Source: Malacoraja senta
Taxonomy: Eukaryota
Assembly: GCA_038087875.1 (NCBI GenBank)
Contig: JAXLNO010000689.1
Span: forward strand, 62,001-109,244
DNA: 47,244 bases
Reading direction: 5' to 3'
The notes under the pieces were generated by a model, which had not been told where the DNA came from, ran no database searches, and saw only the letters and a program-made list of their open reading frames with translations. Positions within the stretch are counted from its first letter, which is position 1, and the number at the start of each line of letters is the position of its first letter. The translations under genes and the position numbers were made by a program. Shown in pieces: positions 10,961-21,844 of this stretch.

Positions 10961-11419
10961 CAAATGCCTGTATATCCAAATAACTCTAGAAAAGGTTGCT
11001 TATGGGGCTGGTGGCCTGGGACTAGTGGTGTGCCTCAGGGTTCGTTGCTGAGCCCGTTACTGTTTGTCATCTACCCCGCTGACTCTGCCATATCCTTATT
11101 TCCTGCTCAATATACCAGTCCAATTGTTTCCTTTAAATTGCCTTTATTACCTGAGATTACCTTTATTGTATCGAGCTTCTCAGCGTCACTGCCTTATCAA
11201 CATTTGGAGTGATCATTCTAATGACATCTTAATGGCAGGACGCAATAAATTGACTGAGCAAAATATATTGTAATAAGCCGTCAATATGCAAGAGTCACTT
11301 GGAGAATGGAGGAAAATCTGAAAACGACTCATGAACGTGGTTGGCCCATACATCCCCCAGTGACATATCCAGCAGCAAACCGCATATTTATACACGCCTA
11401 AAGTCTCTTTCTGCCACAT

Positions 11420-11880
11420 TTCTATGTGCTGCAATTAGTGTTACAAGTGATCGGTGACCGAGAACCAACGAACCGACGCAAAACCAGAGCGCAGTGCTGA
11501 AGTACTATCTATCTCTTTGATCACCTAGGTCGGACATTGCTGGCTTTACCTTGCACTAAACGTTATTCATTATAATGTAATAATAATAATAATAATAATA
11601 ATAATCATTTTATTTACTGGCGCCTTTTTAAAACCCAAGGACACCTTACAATGCATAGAATCACAACAACAAAAATACAAAACACATAATCGGAATAAAT
11701 TAAATATAAAAACACCACAGTACACAATGTAGTCCCTTATCACAGTGAATGGATCGATTGTAATCATGTGCTGTCTTTCTGCTGACTGGTTAGCACGTAA
11801 GAACATCTTTTCACTGTACCTCGGTACACGTGACAATATACTAAACTAACCTTAAGTAAACTAAACTAATCTAAACACAT
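11420..11880 (+). mobile_element. Rex1-type LINE 3'UTR, with an inverted L2-like tail fragment inserted at ~11570-11733
   Basis: ttttcactgtacctcggtacacgtgacaat..(ctaaa)n end, which also follows Rex1 RT fragments at ~32550 and ~36545. The (taa)n plus caaggacaccttacaa segment matches 2263-2330. Confidence 0.55.
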
Positions 11881-12183
11881 TCTTGAAAACAGATTAACCT
11901 TCATGACACAACACTGAACTTTCAACCAACTGCGTTGGAAAACCTTTCATGACAACATTATAACTAATTGCATGTAATATCCTCGGTGAACTAAAGATAT
12001 TACACATGCACAATGAGTAAAACTAGTTTTTCCTAAGTGTTTGTTCAATGGCCTGTGGCTAACGTGACTCTGGAAGGTACGAATTAGCTCAGTGGGCGTT
12101 CCGTGGTGTGTAATAACACGTTGAACTGATGCATGTCGCTACTTGGAACGCTTCGTACGACTGGTCGCTGCTTCAGGTAGAAA

Positions 12184-12253
12184 ATGGAGTATCCAGCGAT
12201 TTTCCTCGTTGCAAGTATTTACTATCCTGTACTTGCAGCGATCGGCATTCCTG
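12184..12253 (+). CDS. Coding exon 1 of GPR139-like G-protein-coupled receptor (MEYPAIFLVASIYYPVLAAIGIP|V)
   Basis: ATG at 12184; hydrophobic TM1 start YYPVLAAIGIP; phase-1 donor G|GTAAGG at 12253/12254 joins in frame to the acceptor at 18234 to give GIP-V-N-LL. Confidence 0.88.
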
Positions 12254-12301
12254 GTAAGGTACTAGAACTGACTCGGCGACCGTTTCAAGGAACAGTTAGG
12301 G

Positions 12302-12630
12302 AGGGCGGCACGGTGGCCTAGCGATAGAGTTGCTGTCTTACAGCTCTTTCAGCACTTTCAGCGCCAGAGACCCAGGTTCGATCCTGACTACGGGTGCTGT
12401 ATGTGCGGCGTTTGTACGTTCTCCCCGTGACCTGCGTGGGTTTCTCCAAGAACTTTGGTTTCCCCTCACACTCCAAAGACGTACAGGATTGTAGGCTTAT
12501 TGGCTTGTTAAATATGTAAACAATGTCCCTGATGTGTGATGGATAGTGCTAATGTGCGGGGATCGCTGATCGGTGCGGACTCGTTGGGCATGTTTTAGCG
12601 CTGTATCTCTAAACTAAACTAAACTGAACT
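12302..12630 (+). mobile_element. tRNA-derived SINE (duplicate of 338-668)
   Basis: A box tggcctagcga, B box ggttcgatcc, (ctaaa)n tail. Confidence 0.85.
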
Positions 12631-12991
12631 TACACTTGGTTCGCCAACGCCTATTTGTTCTGATGGTTGCTAAGCATTTGATATCGCCTTTCATTCACAT
12701 ACTGACATTTCTGACCTGCGCCTTTGTCAGAGTGCGGCGGCACACAAACCGAATGCCAGCTCCTAACATTCCGCTTGATTAGCTTACAAACTGATTGATT
12801 GCGTTCTCCAATATTAGGCATCTAAACCACATCCACACCCTCACCTATCTCCCACTCACTTCTATGTTCTACCATCGGTCCTCACATCCAATTCTATCAA
12901 ACACCTCCCCTTTCATCGACATTTCTTACTCTGGCTTCACAATGCACATCCTTTGACATATCTCAAAACGTTTGTCGTTTGACATCTGCCA

Positions 12992-13284
12992 ATTTTAGTT
13001 TAGTTCAGTTCAGTTCTGAGATAAAGCGCGGAAACAGATCCATCGGCCCACCCATGCCGCCCATTGATCCCCACACCGTAACAATATCCGACACAGATGA
13101 GGTACAATTTACACTGATACAAAATCAATTAACGTACATGTATGTTTTTGGAGTGTGGCATGCAAACGGAGCACCCACACAGTTCAAGGGGAGAAGGTAC
13201 AAACTCCAATCAGACAGTATCCGTAGGCTGGATCAAATCCGGGTCTCTGGCAGCAACATTACCGCTTCGGCAAAGTGCCGCCCC
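12992..13284 (-). mobile_element. tRNA-derived SINE, inverted (duplicate of 1032-1320)
   Basis: Colinear with 1032-1320. Confidence 0.7.
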
Positions 13285-13379
13285 ATGTTGAACCATCTGC
13301 TCAACTTTATCCAACTATAATTCGCCAGGCTTTGCCCTGTCGCTCATTTTTATAGGTTTCCCCAACCACCACAACCAAT

Positions 13380-13710
13380 CTGAAGAAGGGACCCGAGCCG
13401 TTGCTGACCCGCTGAGTTACTCCAGTACTTTGTACCTATCCATGACCTCTAGAGATATTGCCTAACCAGCAGAGATACTCCAGCACTTTGTACCTATCCG
13501 TGTTTACCAGAGATACTGCTTGACCAAATGAGTTACCCCAGCACTTTGTATCTATCCGTGTTCTCCAAAGATGTGACTTGACCCGCTGAGTTACAACACA
13601 CTTTGTTCCTGTCCGTGTTCTGCAGATATGCTGCCTGATGCGCTGAGTTACTCCCCCACTTTGCACCTAGCCGTGTACTCCAGAGATGTTGCCTGACCCA
13701 CTGACTTGAT
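13380..13710 (+). repeat. ~58-bp Penelope-derived tandem repeat (5 units + partial)
   Basis: Same unit as 1420-1640 with two more copies; the duplication offset shifts by about two units across the array. Confidence 0.75.
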
Positions 13711-14059
13711 ACTGTACGTTGTGCATGCTTTACATTATTAACTGCCATTCCTTCTATCTGCTATTTACGAGGATCGTCTTTCATATTTCGCTTCTTACAA
13801 CGTAGTCTCGCCGTTTACTGCGAGAAATTTCCTCCGTGCCAAAGATCTCGCTGCGTGGGTGTCGCGAAGAGAATTATTCTGTTAATAGACACAAAATGCT
13901 GGAGTAACACAGCGGGACAGGCAGCATCTCTGGAGAAAAGGAGTGGGTGACGTTTTGTACGTCTTTTGACCCTTCTTCTCGACCTGAAACGTCACCCATT
14001 GCTTCTCTCCCGAGATGATGCCCGTCCCGCTGAGTAAAACGTAGCGAAGATGAGTGGGA

Positions 14060-15985
14060 AGTCAGAAGATTGGGGAACATTTAGAGCACAACAGAGGGTA
14101 ACTAAAAAGGCAATACCGGGATAAATGATGGACGAAAGTGAGCTAGACATGAATATAAAGGAGGATAGTACAAACTTATTTAGTTATATGAAGAGGAAAA
14201 TATTAGTTAAGACAAATGTGGGTCCCTTGAAGACAAAACAGGTGAACGTATTATTGGGAACAAGGAAATGGCAAACGAGTTGAACACGTACTTTGGTGCC
14301 GTCTTCACTATCGAATACACAAACAATCTTCCAGTTGTACTAGGGGACAGAGGATCTAGGGTGACGGAGGTAGTGAACGAAATTCACATTAGTCCAGAAA
14401 TGTTTTGGGTGGAACTGATGGGACTGAAGGCTGATAAATCCCCAGGGTACTCATGTAGGTGGCTCTAGAAATCGTTGACGCATTGAGGTGATCATATTCC
14501 AATATTCTAAAGATTCTGGATCAGATCCTGTGGATTGAATGGGAGGTAATGTTATCCCACTTTTTAAGAAAGTAGGGAGAGGGAAAACAGGGAATTGTGG
14601 AGTAGTCTGTTTCATATCGGTGGTGGGGAATTTGCTGTAGTCGATTATCAAAGGTAATAGCGGCGCACATGGATAGCAGTAAAAGGATCGGTCTAAGTCA
14701 GCAAGGATTATAGAAAGGGAAATCCTGCTTGACAAATCTTATGCAATTTTTTGAGCATGTAACAAGTAAAATGGATAAGAGAGACAGTGGACGTGGTGTA
14801 TTTGATAAGGTCTCACACGGGAGATTAGTGGGCAAAATTGAGCACACGGTAGAGGGGGTGGGATATTGACATGGATAGAAAACTGGTTGACAGATAGAAA
14901 ACGAAGATTATGAATTTACGATTACCTTTCAGAATGGAAGGCAGTGAATAGTCGGGTGCTGCAAGGTTCGGCGCTGGCACAACTGCTATTTGCAATATTT
15001 ATTAATGATTTAAATGAAGAAATTAAACGTGATGTTAGCAAATTCGCAGATGACATGAGGCTGTGTGGCAGTATGAACTGTGAAGAGGATACTATGTTGA
15101 TGAAGGGTGACTTGGATAGATTGGGTGAGTGGGCCGATGCATGACGGATGCAGTGTAATGTGGATAAATGTGAGGTTATTCACTTTGGAGGCAAGAACAA
15201 GAAGGCAGGTTATTATTTGAATGGTTTCAGATTAGGAAAAGGGGAAGTGGAACGAGAACTGGGTGTCCTTGTACATCAATCACTGAAAGTAAGCATGCAG
15301 TTACAGCAGGCAGTGAAGAAAGCTAATGGCATTTTGGTCTTCATAACGACAGGATTTGAGTATAGAAGCAAATAGGTCCTTCCACAGTTTTACAGGGCGA
15401 TTGTTGGACCACAGCTGGAGTTGTGTGTGCAGTTTGGGTCTCCTAATTTCAGGAAGGACATTCTTGCTCTTGCGAGCGTGCAGCGTAGGTTCACGAAGTT
15501 AATTCCTGGGATGGTTGGACTGTCATATGAAGAAAGAATGGAACGACTGTGTTTTTATACACTGGAACTTAGAAGGGTGATAGGGGATCTTCCAGAAACA
15601 TATAAAATTATTTTGCGATTAGATAAGCTAGATGCATCGGAAACGTGTTCCCGATGTTGGGGGAATCCAGAACTAGGGGCCACAGATTAACAATAAGCGG
15701 CAGGCCATTTAGAACTGAGATGATAAAAACATTTTCACCCAGAGAGTTGTGAATTTGTGTAATTTCTGCCTCAGTGGATAGTGGAGGCCGATTCACTGGA
15801 TGCATTCACAAGACAGTTAGATAGAGGTCTTAGGGCCAGCTGAATCAATGGATATGGGGAGAAGACGGGAACGGGGTTCTGATTGTGGATGATCAGCCAT
15901 GATCACATAGAAGCGCGGTGCTGGCCCGAAGGGCCGAATGGATCATCTGTATCTATTTTCTATGGTTCCATGTTTCTATGTTTCA
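14060..15985 (+). mobile_element. CR1 LINE 3' half (RT), degraded
   Basis: MANELNTYFGAVFT, LQGSALAQLLFAIFINDL, SKFADD, CNVDKCEVIHFGGKN; gtttctat tail. Confidence 0.9.
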
Positions 15986-16194
15986 CTGTTTCTCTATCTT
16001 CGGTTTAAACTAGCATCTGCAGTTCCTTCCCACACAAATTATTCTGTCACTTCATTTTCAAATATTGCTTCATGTTACATTAATGGTTTATTTTATAAGG
16101 ATATTTGAATTCGAATCTCAACTTAATCACTTGCCCATATGAAGTTATGTACGAAACATTAGAAAGTGTATGAAATAATTGCAGACGCTAGATA

Positions 16195-18210
16195 AAATCG
16201 AAGGTAGAAACAAAATGCTGGAGTAACTGCGCGGGTGAGGCAGCATCTCTGGAGAGCAGGAATGGACGATGTTTCGGGTCGGGGCCCTTCTTCAGCCTGA
16301 GGTCAGGAGAGTGGGCGGGACAAAGATAGAATATAGGTGGAGACAATAAAACTAGTGGGAGAACTGGGAAGAGGAAGGGCATGGGGAGAGAAAGCAAGGG
16401 CTATCTGAAGTTAGAGAAGTGAATGTTCATACCTCTATGGTGTAAACCACCCAAGCGAAACATCAGGTGCTGCTCCTCAAATTTGCGCTGGGCCACAGTC
16501 TGACAGAAATGTCTCATTGGGAATGGAAGGGGGAGTTGAAGTGCTGTGCCACCGGGGGATCAGATAGGTGAAGAGGGAGTGAGCGGAGGTGTTCATATCC
16601 CGCTTAAACTCGCTGTTCAACTAGTCCCTTCCCAACCAAACACCTGGCCCTTTACCTCCCCCCTCGACTCCATCCAAGGACTCAAATGACTCCTCAATGA
16701 CATCCATCTTCCAGGCCCCCACTCCTTCTTCTTTACACTGGATGGCCAGTCAATCTCCACCTCCATCCCCACCAGGATGCTCTTAAAGCCCTCCGTTTCT
16801 TCCTCTTCGGCAGAACCAGATAATTTCCCTCCAGCAAGAATCTCCTCCGCCAGAAGAGCTGGTCCTTACCCTCACATTCTCCTTAGACTCCCCCCACTTC
16901 CCAAGGCGTAGCGATGGGCACTCGCATTGGCCCTAGCAATGCTTGCCTCTTTGTAGGGAACGTCGGACAATCACTTTTCCAGGCGGACACTGGCCTTATC
17001 CCCGAACTTTACCTCAGCTACATTACCTCAGCCACTCAGGACTCACAGACTTCATCAACTACACCAAACATTTCAATCCTGCGCTCAAATTCACTTGGAC
17101 CATCTCCGACATCTCCATACCATATCTAGATCTCAGCGCCTCCATCACAGGGAACAGACTATTGACCGGCATTTACTGCAAACATACTGTCTCCCATTGT
17201 TATCTTGACCACACTTCTTCACTCTCTGCTCCTGTAAATACTCTATCCCCTACTCCCAATTCATCCGTCTATGCGGCATCTGCGCCCAGGATTAGGTGTT
17301 CCATACCAGGGCATCGGAGATGTGCTCAATATTTAGCGAACGGGATTTCCCCTCTTCCATTATTGACGAGGCTCTCACTAGGGTCTCGTCGATATCCCGT
17401 GCTCCGCTCTTACTCTCCCTCCCCCAATTCTTAACAAGGACAGTCACCCTTGTCCTCATCTTCCACCCCATCAGCCGTCGCAAACAGCATATAATTCTCC
17501 AACATTTTCGTCACCTCCAAAGGGATCCCATTACTTCTTCACATCTCCAAATCTCCACATCTTCATATCTCCACCCCTTTCTGATTTCCGTAGAGACCGT
17601 TCACTCCGAAACTCCCTGGTCAACACGTCCCTCCAACCCAAACCACCCCTTACCCAGATACATTCCCCTGCAACCGCAGATGATGCAACACCTGTCCCGT
17701 TACCTCCCCCTTCGACTCCATTCAAAGACGCAAACAGTCTTACCAGGTGAGGCAGAGGTTCACTTGCACCTCCTCCAACCTCATCTACTGTATTCGCTGT
17801 TCCAGGTGACAACTTCTCTACATCGGCGGTCATTTCGCTTAAAACCTCCGCTCAGTCAAACCTGTCTGATCTCCAGGTGGCCCAGCGCTTCAACTCCCCC
17901 TCCCATTCCCAATCTGACCTCTTTGTCCTAGACCTCCTCCATTGTCAAATTGGAGGAACAGCACCTCATATATCGCTTGGGTCGTTAACACCCCAGCGGT
18001 ATGAACATTGACTTCTCTAACTTCAGATAGCCCTCGCTATCTATCTCAATCCCCTTCCACTTCCCAGTTCTCCCACATCTTACTGTCTCCGCCTACATTC
18101 TAATTTGTCCCGCCCCCTTCGCTTACTTATCGACCCGAAACGTTACCCATTGGTTCTTTCCAAAGATGCAGTCTCACCCGTTGATTTACTCCAGCATTTT
18201 GTGTCTAACT
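16195..18210 (+). mobile_element. Penelope-like retroelement (RT and GIY-YIG remnants) with an inverted 5' copy of its 3' terminal repeat
   Basis: GVAMGTRIGPSNACLFVG, LKFTWTISDISIPYLDL, FHTRASEM and QVRQRFTCTSSNLIYCIRC motifs in broken frames. 16195-16490 is the reverse complement of ~17945-18210. Confidence 0.85.
16268..16295 (-). ncRNA. Minimal hammerhead-ribozyme core in a Penelope terminal repeat
   Basis: Minus strand CTGAAGA-AGGG-CCCCGA-CCC-GAAA-CATC: CUGANGA and GAAA boxes flank a short stem II. Confidence 0.5.
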
Positions 18211-18233
18211 TAAAAAAATCTTATTTATTTCAG

Positions 18234-19108
18234 TTAATTTATTGGCTGTTGTGATCCTGTGCCCCGGAAATTGTGGTCTCCCCAAATGCGTTACCCGCTA
18301 CCTGGTGGCTATGGCAGCAGTTGATTTAATGGTGGTTTTAGTTAATGTTGTACTGGAGCAGATAAATTATATATATATGTATGCTGAGTTATTGATTACT
18401 ACTCCAACTTGCGCTGTGATAATCGCCCTGCGAGTCGCAACCATGAGCTGTTCCGTTTGGTTCACGGTCGCGTTTACTTTCGATCGATTCATCGGTATCT
18501 GCTGCCAGAAGCTGCGGAACCAATATTGTCGCGGGAGAATAGCGACTGCGGTGATAATAACAATGGTGGTACTGAGTTGTGCAAAGGGTATTCCATATTA
18601 CTTTGCAATCGATCCAAGTCGTTGCGTCGGTACAGTTGAATTTCATACATCACCTCAATGGAAAGCCTATACGTTGTTTAATAATATCATGACTCCATTA
18701 TTACCGTTCGGGACAATTGTGCTGCTTAATGTTTTAACAGTTAGACATATTATAATGGCAAATAAACTCCGGCAGAGACTCCGGGACAGTCGTGAGGATC
18801 AGAAAGACTCAGAGATACAGAACAGGAGAAAGTCAATGACATTGCTCTTCGCTCTATCAGCCAATTTCATGTTATTGTGGATACCCAAAGTTGTGTATGC
18901 TGTGAATGGGCAAGTATCAAACTATACCTACCAGGACAAGTATTTCAGCAGTCCTATATATATCCTACAAGTGTCCGGATTTATGATGCAGTTGCTCAGT
19001 ACCTGCACCAACTCCTGTATCTATGGACTGACGATGCGAAGATTCAGAGAAGAATTGAAGAGCGGAGTCAAGTGTGTGTTTACATTAAACGGACTGCTCT
19101 GTAAATAA
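18234..19108 (+). CDS. Coding exon 2 of GPR139/GPR142-like class A GPCR (spliced CDS 945 nt, 314 aa)
   Basis: Acceptor ttatttatttcag|TT. Open frame with TM1 Asn, TM2 MAAVD, TM3 C...FTFDRF, TM5 PLLPF..LN, TM6 FMLLWIP, TM7 TNSCIY and helix 8 RRFREEL. Stop TAA at 19106-19108. Confidence 0.92.
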
Positions 19109-19149
19109 ACAGGACAAGCAATTGTAAGTTCGTTGAGCTTCTAAATAAA
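19104..19149 (+). promoter_or_regulatory. Candidate polyadenylation signals of the receptor gene
   Basis: AATAAA at 19104-19109 (overlapping the stop codon) and at 19144-19149. Confidence 0.35.
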
Positions 19150-19459
19150 TGTCCAGAAAACACTAAAATTCTAGCTTGTTCCACGAAGATGACTCAAGTC
19201 TTTTTCTTGCACTATTATTCTAATTGATTGGGTTTAATCCAGAGGAAAGGGTCGGCGCAGTGGGCACGACCCAGCTGTGCTACATCAAATCATTGTTGCT
19301 ATGTGATATATCAATGGCATAGAGTACTTCACGCCGAACACCTAGTTTCACGGTCGGATTCGTGACCCGTGTCTTACGTGCTATGTTTGGCGTCAACTAA
19401 TGATCTGGGTCTATTTCCTCTCATTGAGCGTGCATATATTTGCATCTGCTAGCATTTAT

Positions 19460-19735
19460 TTCAAGGTGCGAGAATACAAAAACAGGGATGTAATGCTGAG
19501 TCTCTATACGGCGTTGACGGGCCGCAGTTTCAAAATTGTGAGCAGTTTTGGGCACCATATCCGATGAAGAATGAGCTGGCTCAAGAAAGCGCCCAGAGGA
19601 TGTTTACAAGAATAATCCCAGGATTGAGTGAGCGCTTTACGACACTGCGCCTATATTCGCTCGAATTTAGAAGAATGACAGGGGACCTCATTGAAACATA
19701 CCGAATAGGGAAAGGCTTGGATAAAGTGGATAGAG
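19460..19735 (+). mobile_element. CR1 LINE fragment
   Basis: QRMFTRIIPGL...LYSLEFRRMTGDLIETY. Confidence 0.8.
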
Positions 19736-20429
19736 TCATAGAGTGATACAGTTTGAACATGCCCTTTGGCCCAACTTGCCCAACAGCGGCCAACATGTCC
19801 CAGCTACACTAGTCGCACCTGCAACCATTTAGCCCATATCGCTACAAACCTGTCATAGATATGTATCTGTCTAGGTGTTTCATAAACGTTGGGATAGTCG
19901 CTGCCTCAACTACCTGCTCTGGCAGCTTGTTCCATACATTCATCGCCCTTTGGGTGAAAAGGTTACCCTCAGAACCCTATTAAATATTTTCCCCTTCACC
20001 TTAAACCTATGTCCTCTTTTTCTTGATTCATCCAACTCTGGCAAGAAATTGAGTGCATCTACCCAATCTAATGTGGTCCTTTCGTAATCTTATACATCTA
20101 TATGAGATCACCTCTCACCCTCCTGCGCCCCAAGCCATAGTGTCCCAGCCTTCTCGACCTCTGCCTATTGCTCAGACCTTTAATCCTGGCAGCATCCTCA
20201 CCAACGTCTTATACAATTGCAACATGACCTCCCAACTTCCATACTCGATACCCTGACTGATGAATAGCAATATGCGAAAAGCCTTTTCACCACCTGACCT
20301 ACGTGCGACACCACCTTCAGGGAACAATGTACATGTACTCATATATCTCTCTGCTCTACAACACTACCCAGAAGACAATAGATGCAGGAGTATACCATTG
20401 GGCGCTTCGAGCCAGCACCGCCATTCAAT
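19736..20429 (-). mobile_element. CR1-type LINE 3' fragments
   Basis: Reverse-oriented 3'UTR starting tagagtcatagagtgatacag, same family as 45980-46505. Confidence 0.7.
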
Positions 20430-20705
20430 ACAATACAATGCAAATGTATTGTCATTTGTACCTCAAAAGATGTTGAAACGAAATTTGGTTTCTGCAGTCA
20501 TACAACAAGAAAAGAACAAAGACAAACAAACAACTCAATTTACACAAAAATCCATCACAGTGAATCTCCTTCTCACTGTGATGGGAGGCAAAGTCTTGTC
20601 TCTCCCCAGTTTTGCATTCTTCTCCCGATGTTAAAGCCCCCGGCGGGCGATGGCAAGTCCCGCGCCGGGCGATGTAAGGCCCTGCTCCGGGTCTTGATGT
20701 TGGAG
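20430..20705 (-). mobile_element. Truncated GC-rich non-autonomous retroelement (3' part)
   Basis: Shares ctcactgtgatgggaggc with 8842-8859; (caata)n tail; absent at the paralogous site near 3386. Confidence 0.55.
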
Positions 20706-20709
20706 CGGT

Positions 20710-20895
20710 GTGGTTCTGATGGAGTGACACACTGTTGGGTAGAACTGATGGAGTGACACATTGACGGTAGTTCGATTGAGTGACACCTTTCGGCGTGCTG
20801 AAGGAGTGAGACAATGGGGTAGCACTGATAGAGTGACACACTGTGGGGCAGCATCGACGGTGTGACCCACTGTGGGGCGGTACTTACAGAGTGAC
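20710..20895 (-). repeat. ~30-bp minisatellite
   Basis: Repeated ctgatggagtgacacactgt.ggg units, the reverse complement of the 46515-47244 unit. Confidence 0.75.
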
Positions 20896-20964
20896 AGAAG
20901 ATTTAATTTAAACATACGACTTGTAGAACAGTCCTAGATTTAATTTAAACATACGACTTGAGTC

Positions 20965-21780
20965 CATAATCACCCGTAATAGCCATTCCACCAACTTCCA
21001 CCACCTGACTCTCTTGAAATTTCAGGCACTTTGCTGGTGTCTTCAACTGTGAAGACAGATCATCAATTCTCCTGCATCATTTTCCAGTGGTCTTGCTTGC
21101 AATCTTGCCTCTTATTAACTGTTTATATCTGAAGCAACTTTTGCTATCCTCTTAAATATTAGTGGCTAGCTTACCTTCATATTTCTTCTCTTCTCGCTGA
21201 ATTGCCTTTTTCACTTACTTTATGTTGTTGTTTAAAAGCTTCCCATTACTCTGGCTTCCCACTAATCTTTGCTATGTCACCTTTCCAGTCACCATTGGCC
21301 AGTTCCTCTCTCAGACCACGGTGGCCCATTTGCTCAGCAGCATTACCGACACATCCGATTTCACCTACTCGCTCTCAAATTGCAGATTCAAACTTATCAT
21401 GTTGTTGTCCCTACCTCCTAATGGTTCCTTTCCCCAGAGTCCCCTTATCAAATCCAGTTCATTACATAAGGCTTAATCCAGAATTGCCTTTCCCCTTGCA
21501 GACTCCACTACAAGCAGCTCAAAGAATGCATATCGGCGGTAATCTACAAAATACCTTTCTTGGGGTCCAATACTAACATAATTTTTCCTGTTTATTGAAA
21601 TCTCCCATTAGCAGAGAAGCATTGCATTTTTTACATGACAATTTTCTCGCAGGATGTAACCTATACTCTATATCCTGGCTATTATTTGGGGGCCTGTAAA
21701 TAACTCCTATTATTGACTTTTTACCCATATCATTTCGCAGCTCTATCCACAATGTCTCCGTAATTCCAACAAAATCATAC
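20965..21780 (-). mobile_element. Degraded CR1 ORF2 (endonuclease-side) fragment
   Basis: Reverse complement resembles 23300-24250 (tctgtcttcac, ctaggaggtagggacaacaacatgat, tacaggccccc). Confidence 0.55.
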
Positions 21781-21844
21781 CTGACAATACCTGCTGATTT
21801 CTTCCAGCAGTTTGTATTTTATTGTATTGTACTTTGTATTGTAT

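Larger units (their letters stand above)
11965..14215 (+). repeat. Segmental duplication, copy B (promoter, exon 1 and start of intron 1 of the intact receptor)
   Basis: Colinear with 1-2093. Confidence 0.95.

Noticed and set aside
13400..13710. Repeat array superficially resembling CRISPR (likewise 46515-47244)
   Set aside because: Units are contiguous and degenerate with no unique spacers or cas genes, and the context is vertebrate.
18242..19108. Single-exon receptor starting at the ORF-track start 18242
   Set aside because: That codon is TTG inside TM1; a canonical acceptor at 18233 and an in-phase upstream exon supply the real start.
20899..20961. 25-bp direct repeat agatttaatttaaacatacgacttg x2
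   Set aside because: Small local tandem duplication at a TE junction with no sign of function.
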